Below are positions 1 to 8,536 of a stretch of 64,000 bases of DNA, piece after piece. Numbering within the stretch: position 1 is the stretch's first letter; the number at the start of each line of letters is the position of its first letter. The stretch comes from a virus. Location of the stretch: the IMG/VR virus record IMGVR_UViG_3300008050_000019; one strand, given 5' to 3'. Both the position numbers and the translations under genes were made by a program. The notes beneath the pieces were generated by a model that searched no databases, had not been told where the DNA came from, and saw nothing but the letters and a program-made list of their open reading frames with translations.

Positions 1-216
1 TGCTACAGAGCCATCTGGGTAGTATGTTATTACAGCCGGCTTGTTATTGCGGTGGACCACAGAGTGTAACATATAAGTATGTTTTATAACATAACCCTCG
101 AGATGATACCAGATATCTGCGGGCCTATCTCCTGATTGGCATTCAGGGTTATTGAAGTGTGTGATTCTTTCTATTTGCCCAGTTAGGTAGTATTCTTTTT
201 TGGTAAATGGTTTCAC
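1..216 (-). CDS. MORN-variant repeat protein, N-terminal part (3' end beyond window)
   Basis: Frame is open from GTG 214-216 (AAGGAAA just upstream) to the window edge. Translation ...SGDRPADIWY...HRNNKPAVITYYPDGS resembles the repeats of 917..1387. Confidence 0.4.
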   Translation of the reverse strand, partial: MKPFTKKEYYLTGQIERITHFNNPECQSGDRPADIWYHLEGYVIKHTYMLHSVVHRNNKPAVITYYPDGSVA

Positions 217-227
217 ATATTTTCCTT

Positions 228-317
228 GTTCCCAGGCTCACCCCTAATAAACCAGATATTTTATCATATAACCCCTTATTTTAATAGGTCCAGTTTATTA
301 GGGGTGAGCCTGGGAAC
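228..317. repeat. Hairpin repeat element, copy 1 (25-bp perfect arms 228-252 / 293-317, 40-nt loop)
   Basis: GTTCCCAGGCTCACCCCTAATAAAC and its exact reverse complement. Core GGCTCAC..CT.ATAAAC is shared with the copies at 8537 and 28470. Confidence 0.85.
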
Positions 318-465
318 ACTGGTTAAACACCTGAATAAAAGATATAATCCTTATTCGATTTCGGTATCAGCTAAGTAAAGGTACATTGCAATTGAGGACC
401 TCACTTTACGAAATTTCTGGTGGATGTGATTCAATACAAACGTCATATGAAACTACTTTCTTAGC

Positions 466-756
466 TTAAGAATCTTCGACCATCTCAGTCGGATACCACA
501 AAGTATCAGGAGGTGAATCATCTTCATCACAATGCCCGACAAGAGCTCGAAAACTTTCGCGCTCAAGGACGCGATACTCAGCAAGATAGCCCTTCTGCAC
601 TTCTGCTAAGCTCAAGAATGCCTTCAACTCAGGAGTTCTTGCCATAGATAATGCATGTGCAATGATCTCTTCGTCAGTTTTCATTAAATTTAACCTCAAT
701 GATCTCTTGGACTCGGTGCAATGACCAGCCAGCTTTTCGTGCTGCAGCTGCTGCAT
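466..756 (-). CDS. hypothetical protein (alternative start MKTDEEII at 684)
   Basis: ORF track. The internal ATG at 684 forms an ATGA overlap with the stop of 674..886. Confidence 0.5.
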   Translation of the reverse strand: MQQLQHEKLAGHCTESKRSLRLNLMKTDEEIIAHALSMARTPELKAFLSLAEVQKGYLAEYRVLERESFRALVGHCDEDDSPPDTLWYPTEMVEDS

Positions 757-886
757 TCGTCAATAAGCCAAAAATGATAGTGTTAAGTAGGGTGGGACTA
801 GATGTAGCCCCAGTGTGGCCGAACTCTACACGTCCGGCCGCAGGTAGAACCGTTTGTTCCGTTTTCATATTAATATTATATAACAA
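674..886 (-). CDS. hypothetical protein
   Basis: ORF track. It competes with the N-terminus of 466..756, so only one arrangement can be right. Confidence 0.3.
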   Translation of the reverse strand: MLYNINMKTEQTVLPAAGRVEFGHTGATSSPTLLNTIIFGLLTNAAAAARKAGWSLHRVQEIIEVKFNEN

Positions 887-916
887 GCATAGAAACTTTA
901 TTACATAATATTAACA

Positions 917-1387
917 TCATTTAAAAAATTCTGAGTACTTTTTTCCGTCTCGGGTAAAATATGCTTCAACCGGTTGACCCGCTCTAGTGCTTCTTGCAGG
1001 ACCAGCCCACTCATAACTGCGGCATACACCATCGTCATAAAATGTCTCGTCTGCAGGTCCATCATCTCTAGAAAGCTTGCCCTTCATATAATATGAAGTA
1101 AAGTGTTTATTGCCGTTGCTATAGAATCCCTCTATTGCAGGACCTCCAATGCGGTGCAGGTGCCCAAACTGTTTGTACTCGCGCCTAAGTATTTCACCAC
1201 TTTTGTACCATATAATGGCAGGACCACCTTCACGATGAAGCTTGCCATTCACTCTGAATTCTTCTCTGTCGAGCCGGCCAACATGATCAAAATGACGCAC
1301 TGCAGGACCACCTTCACGATGAAGCTTGCCATTAAGCTTGTAGGTTTCTCGCTTTAGGGTCCCATCTTTATAAAATGCTTGTTCCAT
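917..1387 (-). CDS. MORN-variant (YwqK-like) repeat protein
   Basis: Repeated units of about 23 aa: NGKLHREGGPA, GHLHRIGGPA, KLSRDDGPA. Confidence 0.75.
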   Translation of the reverse strand: MEQAFYKDGTLKRETYKLNGKLHREGGPAVRHFDHVGRLDREEFRVNGKLHREGGPAIIWYKSGEILRREYKQFGHLHRIGGPAIEGFYSNGNKHFTSYYMKGKLSRDDGPADETFYDDGVCRSYEWAGPARSTRAGQPVEAYFTRDGKKYSEFFK

Positions 1388-1395
1388 ATTTAGAG

Positions 1396-1578
1396 CTAAT
1401 GCTTTCTGTCATCAGAAATGACTACGCCCGGGACTTCCCTTTCTCCGGATTTTAAGTTGAATTTGCTTAAAGTGACTTTAAGTCGCCTATCATCAATTAG
1501 TTTTTGTGCTTCCGCATTTGAGATATGACCAAAACATAACGCTGCCGCTATTGAAAAATCACCTGTAGGTATAGACAT
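1396..1578 (-). CDS. hypothetical protein
   Basis: ORF track, fits the collinear minus-strand array. Confidence 0.45.
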   Translation of the reverse strand: MSIPTGDFSIAAALCFGHISNAEAQKLIDDRRLKVTLSKFNLKSGEREVPGVVISDDRKH

Positions 1579-1592
1579 ATCTGGCCTCTAAC

Positions 1593-1955
1593 TTAGGTCA
1601 TCTGCTTGTTGGGTGAACCAGCGTACTTTGGAAGGTGGACGCCAAAATGGCGCAGAATGGATGAGGGTGACATTAGCCCAGCATTGGGAGCATTAAAGAA
1701 TGATTTCTCAAGCTGCTCAAGCTGCTCATTACTTAAAGTGGTTGAGATATCTGTCCAAGGGGATACGGCTCGGCCCAAGGCAATTGATCTACCAATTGCC
1801 TTGACAAAGATATCACCTGATGAGCAAATTGCAAATCCAACATTCCAAGTTTTTTCACTTACGGGGACAAATGCAATAGTAATCCTACTTGGCTTTGCGT
1901 TAAGTGGGCCTGGTGGCTGAGCAGTAATGCGTCGATAATAAGTTCGGCGTGACAT
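1593..1955 (-). CDS. hypothetical protein
   Basis: ORF track. The antisense ORF 1606..1920 is judged a shadow. Confidence 0.6.
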   Translation of the reverse strand: MSRRTYYRRITAQPPGPLNAKPSRITIAFVPVSEKTWNVGFAICSSGDIFVKAIGRSIALGRAVSPWTDISTTLSNEQLEQLEKSFFNAPNAGLMSPSSILRHFGVHLPKYAGSPNKQMT

Positions 1956-1962
1956 AATATTC

Positions 1963-2301
1963 CTATCTCTTCGAGACTAAGCGAAGGATCGCGTTTATTC
2001 CAGCTGTCATTTTTCTGACACCTGGTGGGTTATCTGAGTGTACTTTTATAATCGGTGGTATGAAATCGCTTGTTGCTACTTGCTCTTCTATCCATAAGAT
2101 AACGTCATTGCCCGTGCCATGCACATCATCTCCAAGATCATGATCAAGTGATACTTCACTTACTTTCTCAGTCTTTAATAACTGTATTACGTCTTCTGGC
2201 CAACGACAAAGCGTGTAACCAGGTGGGCATTTACGTTTATCATCAAGGAAAAGTTTCATATCAACCATGTATATGGTATTACGATATGAAACTTTAAACA
2301 C
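1963..2301 (-). CDS. cREC-like (cyclic-phosphate processing receiver) domain protein
   Basis: MKLFLDDKR...SLDHDLG...GTGNDV...KVHSDNPPG matches the remembered signature of the RNA-repair-associated receiver family. The likely true start is MKLFLDD at about 2256. Confidence 0.55.
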   Translation of the reverse strand: MFKVSYRNTIYMVDMKLFLDDKRKCPPGYTLCRWPEDVIQLLKTEKVSEVSLDHDLGDDVHGTGNDVILWIEEQVATSDFIPPIIKVHSDNPPGVRKMTAGINAILRLVSKR

Positions 2302-2310
2302 ATTTTTTAT

Positions 2311-2976
2311 TCAAAAATAGGCTTTAGGAAATCTTTTTCTACCGTATGCTAACCAAACTTTCTTTACTCGTTCAATCATTTCATCTGTTAAAACAGGATC
2401 TATATCAAACTCTTTCATTTGGTGTCTAACGCTGTCAAACTTCTTGTTTAAGAAGTAAGACGCAGGTACTCTAGCAGTTTTTGCTTGCTTGTAGATGCCT
2501 GAAACAAATGCAGCAACCTCACCCTTGTCTAAAAGATAAGCTTCCGCTTGTTTTAGCGTTTTTCTTCCATGCTCATACTCTATATCCCAACCTTGTTGGG
2601 CAGTATGCTCTAACTCATGTCTAATAATAGATTTCAGTTCAGGAATAAGAAGTTCCATGTCATCAAACATGGAAGTTTGATCATCATGCCAATCTTCCGA
2701 CACATCTATATTTATGAGTATGGACTTCTTCCCGTCATTTGTATGTTGACCATAAGCACCACTTAGCACAGGAGCCTTACCAGGCTTTAATGATGAGGTT
2801 ACCACAACAAAAATCGCATCGACATTTTCAATGTCAGATTTAAGCTTAAAGACATTTTTTTTCTTGAGCTTATTTTTGTATATAACTTTTATTTTTCTGA
2901 CGATTTGCCTTGATATATGTGTCGTTTCATTCTCAAAACGACCCTCAAGAAGGCATTGCTTTAACTCAAAAGACAT
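2311..2976 (-). CDS. hypothetical protein with HExxH motif (possible zinc metallopeptidase)
   Basis: IRHELEHTAQ motif. There is no other recognisable signature. Confidence 0.4.
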   Translation of the reverse strand: MSFELKQCLLEGRFENETTHISRQIVRKIKVIYKNKLKKKNVFKLKSDIENVDAIFVVVTSSLKPGKAPVLSGAYGQHTNDGKKSILINIDVSEDWHDDQTSMFDDMELLIPELKSIIRHELEHTAQQGWDIEYEHGRKTLKQAEAYLLDKGEVAAFVSGIYKQAKTARVPASYFLNKKFDSVRHQMKEFDIDPVLTDEMIERVKKVWLAYGRKRFPKAYF

Positions 2977-3000
2977 ATATACTATGTATGGTACATAATG

Positions 3001-3369
3001 CTAACTATTGCAATAACCCTCGCAACAAACCAAATCTCCATTACAAATCTCTGGATAAATCTCAGTTGCTAGGCATAGCAGAACGCATTGCGACAGGTTA
3101 CCTGCGTCTGGTGGTCCGACGTCAACTGGATTAGCATCTAATGCTCCAGCGTCTATGAAGCCGGCGTCTATGAAGCCGGCATCAATGAAGCCGACGTCTG
3201 GCATACCCCCGTCATATAAAACTTCTCCAGCATCTGGCATTACACTTGCATCATAAAACCTGGTGGGTCTTTGGGCGGAAATTGCTGAGCTGCATCCCCT
3301 TGACCCACATTCATCACAGGCAGCTAAAGACAGAAGCGCAAGCGCCATAAATAATTTTCGTTTAAACAT
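3001..3369 (-). CDS. secreted lipoprotein with DAGFI repeats and Cys-rich C-terminus
   Basis: Signal peptide plus lipobox MALALLSLAAC. Three 15-nt tandem repeats at 3151-3195 encode (F)IDAG units. Confidence 0.65.
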   Translation of the reverse strand: MFKRKLFMALALLSLAACDECGSRGCSSAISAQRPTRFYDASVMPDAGEVLYDGGMPDVGFIDAGFIDAGFIDAGALDANPVDVGPPDAGNLSQCVLLCLATEIYPEICNGDLVCCEGYCNS

Positions 3370-3745
3370 TTTTTCCTCTAAACCTACTTTTTCCCAACAA
3401 GCGAACGCCTAAATAAGCAATCCCTGCTCTGTATTTGTCAACTTTATCAACCTTAACTAAGATTGAGTAAAAAATTATGTCACATTCTTTTCTAGATAAG
3501 AAATACTCGCTTCCGTCTTTATAAAGTCTGTTATCTGAGTAGAGATAATCATGAGCACATGTACCGATCTTAGCATCAATACCAAGAAAGTTTCTTAGCC
3601 ATTGTGGTCCAGCTGCACCATTCCAAGGAAATTTCTTTGGGATGGTTACTATTCGCTCATCAATGGCCAATTTCAATTCTTTTTGTAGAATAAACTTTTT
3701 ATTATTTAGCTTAGAGTACAAAAATTTTGATGCTACTATCTTCAT
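3362..3745 (-). CDS. DUF1353-like protein
   Basis: AHDYLY motif. The track start (GTG 3749-3751) overlaps tRNA-Arg, so ATG at 3743-3745 is preferred. Confidence 0.45.
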   Translation of the reverse strand: MKIVASKFLYSKLNNKKFILQKELKLAIDERIVTIPKKFPWNGAAGPQWLRNFLGIDAKIGTCAHDYLYSDNRLYKDGSEYFLSRKECDIIFYSILVKVDKVDKYRAGIAYLGVRLLGKSRFRGKNV

Positions 3746-3748
3746 ATA

Positions 3749-3822
3749 CACTCCCTAGTGGATTCGAACCACTGACCTTGAGCTTAGAAGGCTCCTGCGC
3801 TATCCAGCTGCGCTAAGGGAGT
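3749..3822 (-). tRNA. tRNA-Arg (anticodon TCT)
   Basis: Hand-folded cloverleaf: acceptor ACTCCCT/AGGGAGT, D arm GCGC-AGCTGGATA-GCGC, anticodon loop CTTCTAA, T arm AGTGG-TTCGAAT-CCACT. Confidence 0.85.
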
Positions 3823-4125
3823 AAATTGGCGCCACATTTAAAGCGCCTGCATATAGAATAGAATCATGTAATATACTACCGGGCCTATATACTCCCGGCA
3901 GGTAACCTGTATATGGTAAACTTGACATTGCCACGATTTATTATATGGCGACTTCTAAATGTCATGTGTCAAGCTCATTACATGATAATGATAAAGCTAT
4001 GGCTTTAATGTTCTAAGTCAGCGCATAATATTAACCCTCGTATTAAACTAATTGATTCCTCACGCTCAATCAGACGTTCGGCGTGTCGCAACCACAACAG
4101 CTGGCTAAGTAGCGTACTAGCCATA

Positions 4126-4210
4126 TGCTCAGAGCGGGAGTCGAACCCGCACTCCCATTAAGGGCGACGGATTTTAAATCCGTTGCGTCTACCAATTCCG
4201 CCATCCAAGC
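4126..4210 (-). tRNA. tRNA-Leu (anticodon TAA), type II with long variable arm
   Basis: Acceptor GCTTGGA/TCTGAGC, anticodon arm ACGGA-TTTAAAA-TCCGT, T arm GCGGG-TTCGACT-CCCGC. Confidence 0.85.
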
Positions 4211-4414
4211 TAATTTTCATTCAAGGTTATTTATTCCTTGTTAAAATATAATACCACCCTTTGAATTCAAAGATACTGTTATTTTTCATTAATTTAAATC
4301 AGTCAAGCTTTCTTAAACCAAGAAGCAGGAAATGGCATTCCCATACCCACTAAGCCATAATATACAGAACTGGCCTTGGTAGTTCAATCTTTATTATCTC
4401 ACCCATCTGTGTTC

Positions 4415-4720
4415 CTAAATGCTTTTATTCAAAGTAAATTCTGTCTGAGCAGGAAACACGATCGTTTTAATTCTGTAAGACTGATTCTTAAGTGTGTAGT
4501 TAACAACAGATAAACGGCCAGCAGACACTAATTCATTAACAAAGACAATCATTTTGTTTGCATCTAAGCCGCTAGGAAGAATAATATTTTCGTCATTCAA
4601 GTAATGTACTGAAGTGGATGCCAGCACTGTCAGTGTCATGGGTCCTTCTATGGTCACCTTATCAACCAAATAGTTTTTGAAATCGGCCTTTGTAAAAAAG
4701 GTACTCTTTTTTTTGTTCAC
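4415..4720 (-). CDS. hypothetical protein
   Basis: ORF track. The start abuts the 3' end of tRNA-Arg(CCT). Confidence 0.6.
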   Translation of the reverse strand: MNKKKSTFFTKADFKNYLVDKVTIEGPMTLTVLASTSVHYLNDENIILPSGLDANKMIVFVNELVSAGRLSVVNYTLKNQSYRIKTIVFPAQTEFTLNKSI

Positions 4721-4721
4721 A

Positions 4722-4795
4722 CGCCTCCTAGTGGACTCGAACCACCAACCTTAGGTTTAGGAAACCTACGCGCTATCCAATTGCGCCAAGGAGGC
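4722..4795 (-). tRNA. tRNA-Arg (anticodon CCT)
   Basis: Acceptor GCCTCCT/AGGAGGC, anticodon arm TAGGT-TTCCTAA-ACCTA, T arm GGTGG-TTCGAGT-CCACT. Confidence 0.9.
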
Positions 4796-4797
4796 AA

Positions 4798-4905
4798 TAT
4801 TCCAGCCCGGCTTTGAACCAGGATCTCTCTATTACGAGCGCTTTGACCGCTAAAAGATAAGCTAAGTAACCAAACTTCCGCCCATTCTTTTTTAAGCTAC
4901 TGGAT
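4798..4905 (-). other. tRNA-like element, unresolved (canonical T arm; possible degenerate, interrupted or pseudo tRNA)
   Basis: The T arm CCTGG-TTCAAAG-CCGGG is followed by CTGGAAT. The only 5' partner (AATCCAG, 1 mismatch) lies about 105 nt away. An internal hairpin AGCG-GTCAAAG-CGCT would give anticodon CAA. No standard cloverleaf could be folded by hand. Confidence 0.3.
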
Positions 4906-4911
4906 TACTGA

Positions 4912-4984
4912 TACGGCTGGGTGGAATTGAACCACCGACGTCCACCTTATAAGGATGGCGCTCTTACCCCTGAGCTACAGCCGT
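4912..4984 (-). tRNA. tRNA-Ile (anticodon TAT)
   Basis: Acceptor ACGGCTG/CAGCCGT, anticodon arm CCATC-CTTATAA-GGTGG, T arm GGTGG-TTCAATT-CCACC. Confidence 0.85.
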
Positions 4985-4989
4985 TTACT

Positions 4990-5382
4990 TTAAATGCTAT
5001 CTAAAACAGTTTGCATTTTATCTCGTACATCATCGAGCATTTCATCAATGGGGTCCATCTTCGCTCTAAGCTTATCATGCACCATCTCTTTAGCAGCTTC
5101 TTGTACATGGCGATCATAATCTCCAACCATCATGTCAACTATGTCAAGAAAGCGAAATGATTTCCCGTTAATAGTAAGCTCAACAGCAAAATTCCCGCCT
5201 TTCTCTTTTGCATCAAGAGCAACAGCTTCAACAATGCTTCTGTCTGCACTTATTAGGTTAAGAATTATTGTACCATACACGTTTTTGGAAGAACCTAGAA
5301 CGTCAATAGTACTAAAAGATTCTACACCATCTTTGTATGTAACATCAAAGGCTCTTTTAGTTTTACTTTTAATTTCTTCCAT
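4990..5382 (-). CDS. hypothetical protein
   Basis: ORF track, embedded between tRNA genes. Confidence 0.65.
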   Translation of the reverse strand: MEEIKSKTKRAFDVTYKDGVESFSTIDVLGSSKNVYGTIILNLISADRSIVEAVALDAKEKGGNFAVELTINGKSFRFLDIVDMMVGDYDRHVQEAAKEMVHDKLRAKMDPIDEMLDDVRDKMQTVLDSI

Positions 5383-5401
5383 CTTCTTTCTTTCTTTTAA
5401 A

Positions 5402-5474
5402 TGGGCCCAGAGGGATTCGAACCCCCGACAAAGGAGATATGAGCTCCCGACTCTAACCGCTGAGCTATAGGCCC
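5402..5474 (-). tRNA. tRNA-Met (anticodon CAT; an Ile2/lysidine type cannot be excluded)
   Basis: Acceptor GGGCCTA/TGGGCCC, anticodon arm GGGAG-CTCATAT-CTCCT, T arm GGGGG-TTCGAAT-CCCTC. No initiator hallmarks. Confidence 0.85.
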
Positions 5475-5538
5475 GTGTAATTTATTTTATATATTGTATT
5501 GCCTGATTATTATAACACAGTATATTTTCTTGTGTCAC

Positions 5539-5889
5539 TTATTTTTTTCTAAATTTCATTAGTTTTTTGTAATGATGCGCTTTGTGGGCGCAAACTAGTT
5601 TGGTGTGCTCGATTTTATCTTCGTACAAACCGTCAGCCTTCATAAGAAGCTCAAGTGTTACAGTAAGGTTGCTGCCAGAACCAACGCCAGATAGAAAAGA
5701 AGTAAATTTCACCAAGTTTTCTGCAGTTTGGTTAGTAGCTGGACATGAATAGTATGTATTAACTACAGCTTTAAGCAATCCAGTTCGCTGGGCATCATCG
5801 AGCAAGATAATTGGGCCTTTCGCAGCAATTCGAACTGCATAATCTTGCCAAGATTCAATGATCAATTTTGCTGTATTGGTCCACCGCAT
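5539..5889 (-). CDS. hypothetical protein
   Basis: ORF track. Confidence 0.6.
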   Translation of the reverse strand: MRWTNTAKLIIESWQDYAVRIAAKGPIILLDDAQRTGLLKAVVNTYYSCPATNQTAENLVKFTSFLSGVGSGSNLTVTLELLMKADGLYEDKIEHTKLVCAHKAHHYKKLMKFRKK

Positions 5890-5899
5890 ATAGTAATTA

Positions 5900-5925
5900 T
5901 ATCACGCATTAAATCATTTAACACA
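5900..5925 (-). promoter_or_regulatory. promoter-like motif instance (plus-strand TATCACG-N12-TAACACA)
   Basis: Lies 11 nt upstream of the 5889 start. Same motif family as the repeats at 36215-36412. Confidence 0.35.
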
Positions 5926-5939
5926 TAAAGTTTACTGTG

Positions 5940-6368
5940 TTAATACATTGATGTTAGTGTTTCATAATCGCCCTTTGCCAAAAGGTAAAGTCTGTATTCT
6001 TCTTCTGATAGAGAGCGATCATTAATGAAAAACTCTTTATAGGAGCCTGCAATTATAGCAGGCCCATCCGCTCTATGTAATAGGCCATCTTTATAATAGT
6101 GCATGTATATAATAGCTCCACTAATATTAACGTATCGTATACGTGCGGGACCGCCGAATCTATGTTTTAAACCATGTTTATAATAAACTACATCTTTCTT
6201 GGCACCAGACATATAATAAGCTGCGTATGCTGGGCCACTCTCCCTGTGTAAGGCCCCACGTTCATCGACGTACCTACATAAGGTTTCATGTTGGCGATGA
6301 ATAATTTGAGATTTCTCTTTACCAAGCATGTAAATTATATTAGCACAGAAAATTTTCCATTTACACAC
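5940..6368 (-). CDS. MORN-variant repeat protein
   Basis: Repeats HRESGPA, HRFGGPA, HRADGPA. The start may be the internal MLGKEK. Confidence 0.7.
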   Translation of the reverse strand: MCKWKIFCANIIYMLGKEKSQIIHRQHETLCRYVDERGALHRESGPAYAAYYMSGAKKDVVYYKHGLKHRFGGPARIRYVNISGAIIYMHYYKDGLLHRADGPAIIAGSYKEFFINDRSLSEEEYRLYLLAKGDYETLTSMY

Positions 6369-6403
6369 ATGATTAACGTAAGTTCAAGCTTAACAAATGC
6401 ATA

Positions 6404-6865
6404 ATGTTAAGTATAATTAGTAACATGATTATAGTCTGGGAAGTTATAACTGGTGAAAATCATAATATTTTCGCCAGGCAGGAAGATGCTATTTTATTAC
6501 ATGGTATAGTAAAGCATATGGTCACATCTAATGGAAAAGTTCCAGAGGGGTACCCTTTAAGTGTTAATGAAAAGCATATATTTGGTATAGAATCAATTGT
6601 GCTAATGACCAGTGTTGCAAGTGTTTTAGCAGATTGGATGATGAACATAAGCATTGATCAGATTGCTGTCGGGTTCGAGGATGCAGTCTGGCCCCCAGAT
6701 ACTCCTTATGCTGGATACCCAGTTTTCACAGATGCGGAAAAAACTAATATACAGATTGCACGTGCACAAAAAAAGCTGCTTTCATCAATTGATGAAAGTG
6801 AAAGACTTCTTTTATTCAATACAACATTAACGACTGCACAATTATTTGCAACTGGTAGTAATTAA
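6404..6865 (+). CDS. hypothetical protein (plus-strand island)
   Basis: ORF track. Its stop overlaps the start of 6865..8523 (ATG at 6865). Confidence 0.55.
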   Translation: MLSIISNMIIVWEVITGENHNIFARQEDAILLHGIVKHMVTSNGKVPEGYPLSVNEKHIFGIESIVLMTSVASVLADWMMNISIDQIAVGFEDAVWPPDTPYAGYPVFTDAEKTNIQIARAQKKLLSSIDESERLLLFNTTLTTAQLFATGSN

Positions 6866-8523
6866 TGGCAGCTATTGATTTTAATCTGCGATGTTTTCGA
6901 GGAAGCGGTGGCGTGCTCGATTATGATACCGCTTCAACTTCATTAATGACAGGTTCGGTCGTCAGTTGCTCAGTTGATATTTATAACCGCAACGGTTCAC
7001 TACTTGCAGGCCCATTTCACTCCATAAGTGGTTCCGTAACGAAGATTTCTGCAGGAGGAACAGACACTTGGACATTTGATCCCGCTCATGCAGACGTTAT
7101 TGCTTCTACTAGATTGTCACGCCAGTTCGACGAACACCTTAGGTTCCGATTCACTGAAACTGTTCCTAGTGCGTCGTCTGTTGCAGATGTATGGGTAACT
7201 GTTAACAATCAAGACAAAATAGCCAGCGATTATCCGAACAAAAAGTTATTTTGTGATGGTTTCTTCGGAGATAATAACGCAAGTTATGCTACTCCAGAAT
7301 TTGGTAATGCTTCAAAGCTCAACCCTACACGCCAAGTTCGTGAAATGAGTGCCATGGCACCAAGTATTGGATCAACCCATTATATGATTGTGAACCAGGT
7401 TTATGGTGTAAGAACAGATACATTCACAGGAGTAACATTCGAGGGTGATCCTCTAGGTGCAATTGTCGCACGGGGTGGAAACACGCTGTCGCTTGATAAC
7501 TGTTACTTTAAGAATATGGATCTTCGCGGATTTCTTGGAGGAACGTACGATGGAACGTTTACTGTTGATGGCGGAAAGTTACAGACGGGCTTTAAGCATG
7601 CAAATGGTGTTTTAACATGCGTCAATGAAGTTGGGCTTGAGGGAGATATTGACCTTCAATCAACTACAATAATGATTGGTGATGTTAAAGGGACCGCCGC
7701 TGTCATAGACTGCTCAGCACCTTTAACAGATCTTATTCTCGGTATCGATAAGGGTGATATTCAATTAGATAATTTGGATTCTGGCATGAATGTTTCTATA
7801 ACAGGTGTCGGTGGGACGTTAAAGCTTCCTGTCGGCAATGCAAATCCAGCCAGTGTTAAGGTGGGTGGGTATATTATCATAACAGATGACTCAGACGTTC
7901 CGTGGGATAATCAAAATAATATTGGCGGCTGCGAAATCACCGCTTCCGTTATTGCATCAAGAACGAACGTTTTGACAAATCTTCCTGCGCAACAAGGGCC
8001 AGGACAGTGGGACACTACAAGTTCGCTGACAACTTCAAGCATAGGAACAAGTGTTTGGAATTCGCTGACGTCCTCATTCAGTACATCTGGATCTGCAGGT
8101 GAAATTCTTATTAATAACTTTTTGCTTGCTGGTGAAACTGCGACGGCGATGTCAGGGACTGCTGCAGGTGTCTGGGATGCGTTAACATCATCATTTAATA
8201 TATCTGGATCTGCAGGTGATGCACTAATTAATAGCTATCTCTTTGCGTCAGGAACAGCAGAGGCATTGTCAGGTACGGCAGCTGATGTGTGGGCAGTTCA
8301 ATCATCATCACTTACCGTACCTGGTTCAACTGGTATGATGCTTACCAATATATCATCTTCTGTTAACTTTATCGAAGGGATAGAGGGCGGAAGGTGGAAG
8401 ATAATTAGTAACCAGATGATATTTTATGGTACTGACAATACGACTGAAATTGCTAGATTTAATCTACTTGATGACTTGGGAGCGCCAACTACAGCGTCGC
8501 CATTTGAAAGAGTAAGAACATAA
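6865..8523 (+). CDS. tail-fibre-like protein with three 39-aa C-terminal tandem repeats
   Basis: Three exact-period 117-nt repeats begin at 8053, 8170 and 8287 (VW..LTSSF..SGSAG..LIN..L.A.GTA.A.SGTAA). The fibre-like call is an impression, not a motif match. Confidence 0.45.
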   Translation: MAAIDFNLRCFRGSGGVLDYDTASTSLMTGSVVSCSVDIYNRNGSLLAGPFHSISGSVTKISAGGTDTWTFDPAHADVIASTRLSRQFDEHLRFRFTETVPSASSVADVWVTVNNQDKIASDYPNKKLFCDGFFGDNNASYATPEFGNASKLNPTRQVREMSAMAPSIGSTHYMIVNQVYGVRTDTFTGVTFEGDPLGAIVARGGNTLSLDNCYFKNMDLRGFLGGTYDGTFTVDGGKLQTGFKHANGVLTCVNEVGLEGDIDLQSTTIMIGDVKGTAAVIDCSAPLTDLILGIDKGDIQLDNLDSGMNVSITGVGGTLKLPVGNANPASVKVGGYIIITDDSDVPWDNQNNIGGCEITASVIASRTNVLTNLPAQQGPGQWDTTSSLTTSSIGTSVWNSLTSSFSTSGSAGEILINNFLLAGETATAMSGTAAGVWDALTSSFNISGSAGDALINSYLFASGTAEALSGTAADVWAVQSSSLTVPGSTGMMLTNISSSVNFIEGIEGGRWKIISNQMIFYGTDNTTEIARFNLLDDLGAPTTASPFERVRT

Positions 8524-8536
8524 AGACGTAATCTCC

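Noticed and set aside
228-317. The hairpin repeats considered as ordinary rho-independent terminators
   Set aside because: None of the three copies is followed by a T/U-tract on either strand, and the loops are 34-40 nt. They are kept as an unexplained structured repeat.
3362-3751. Track start (GTG at 3749-3751) of the DUF1353-like gene
   Set aside because: It overlaps the 3' end of tRNA-Arg(TCT). ATG at 3743-3745 is used instead.
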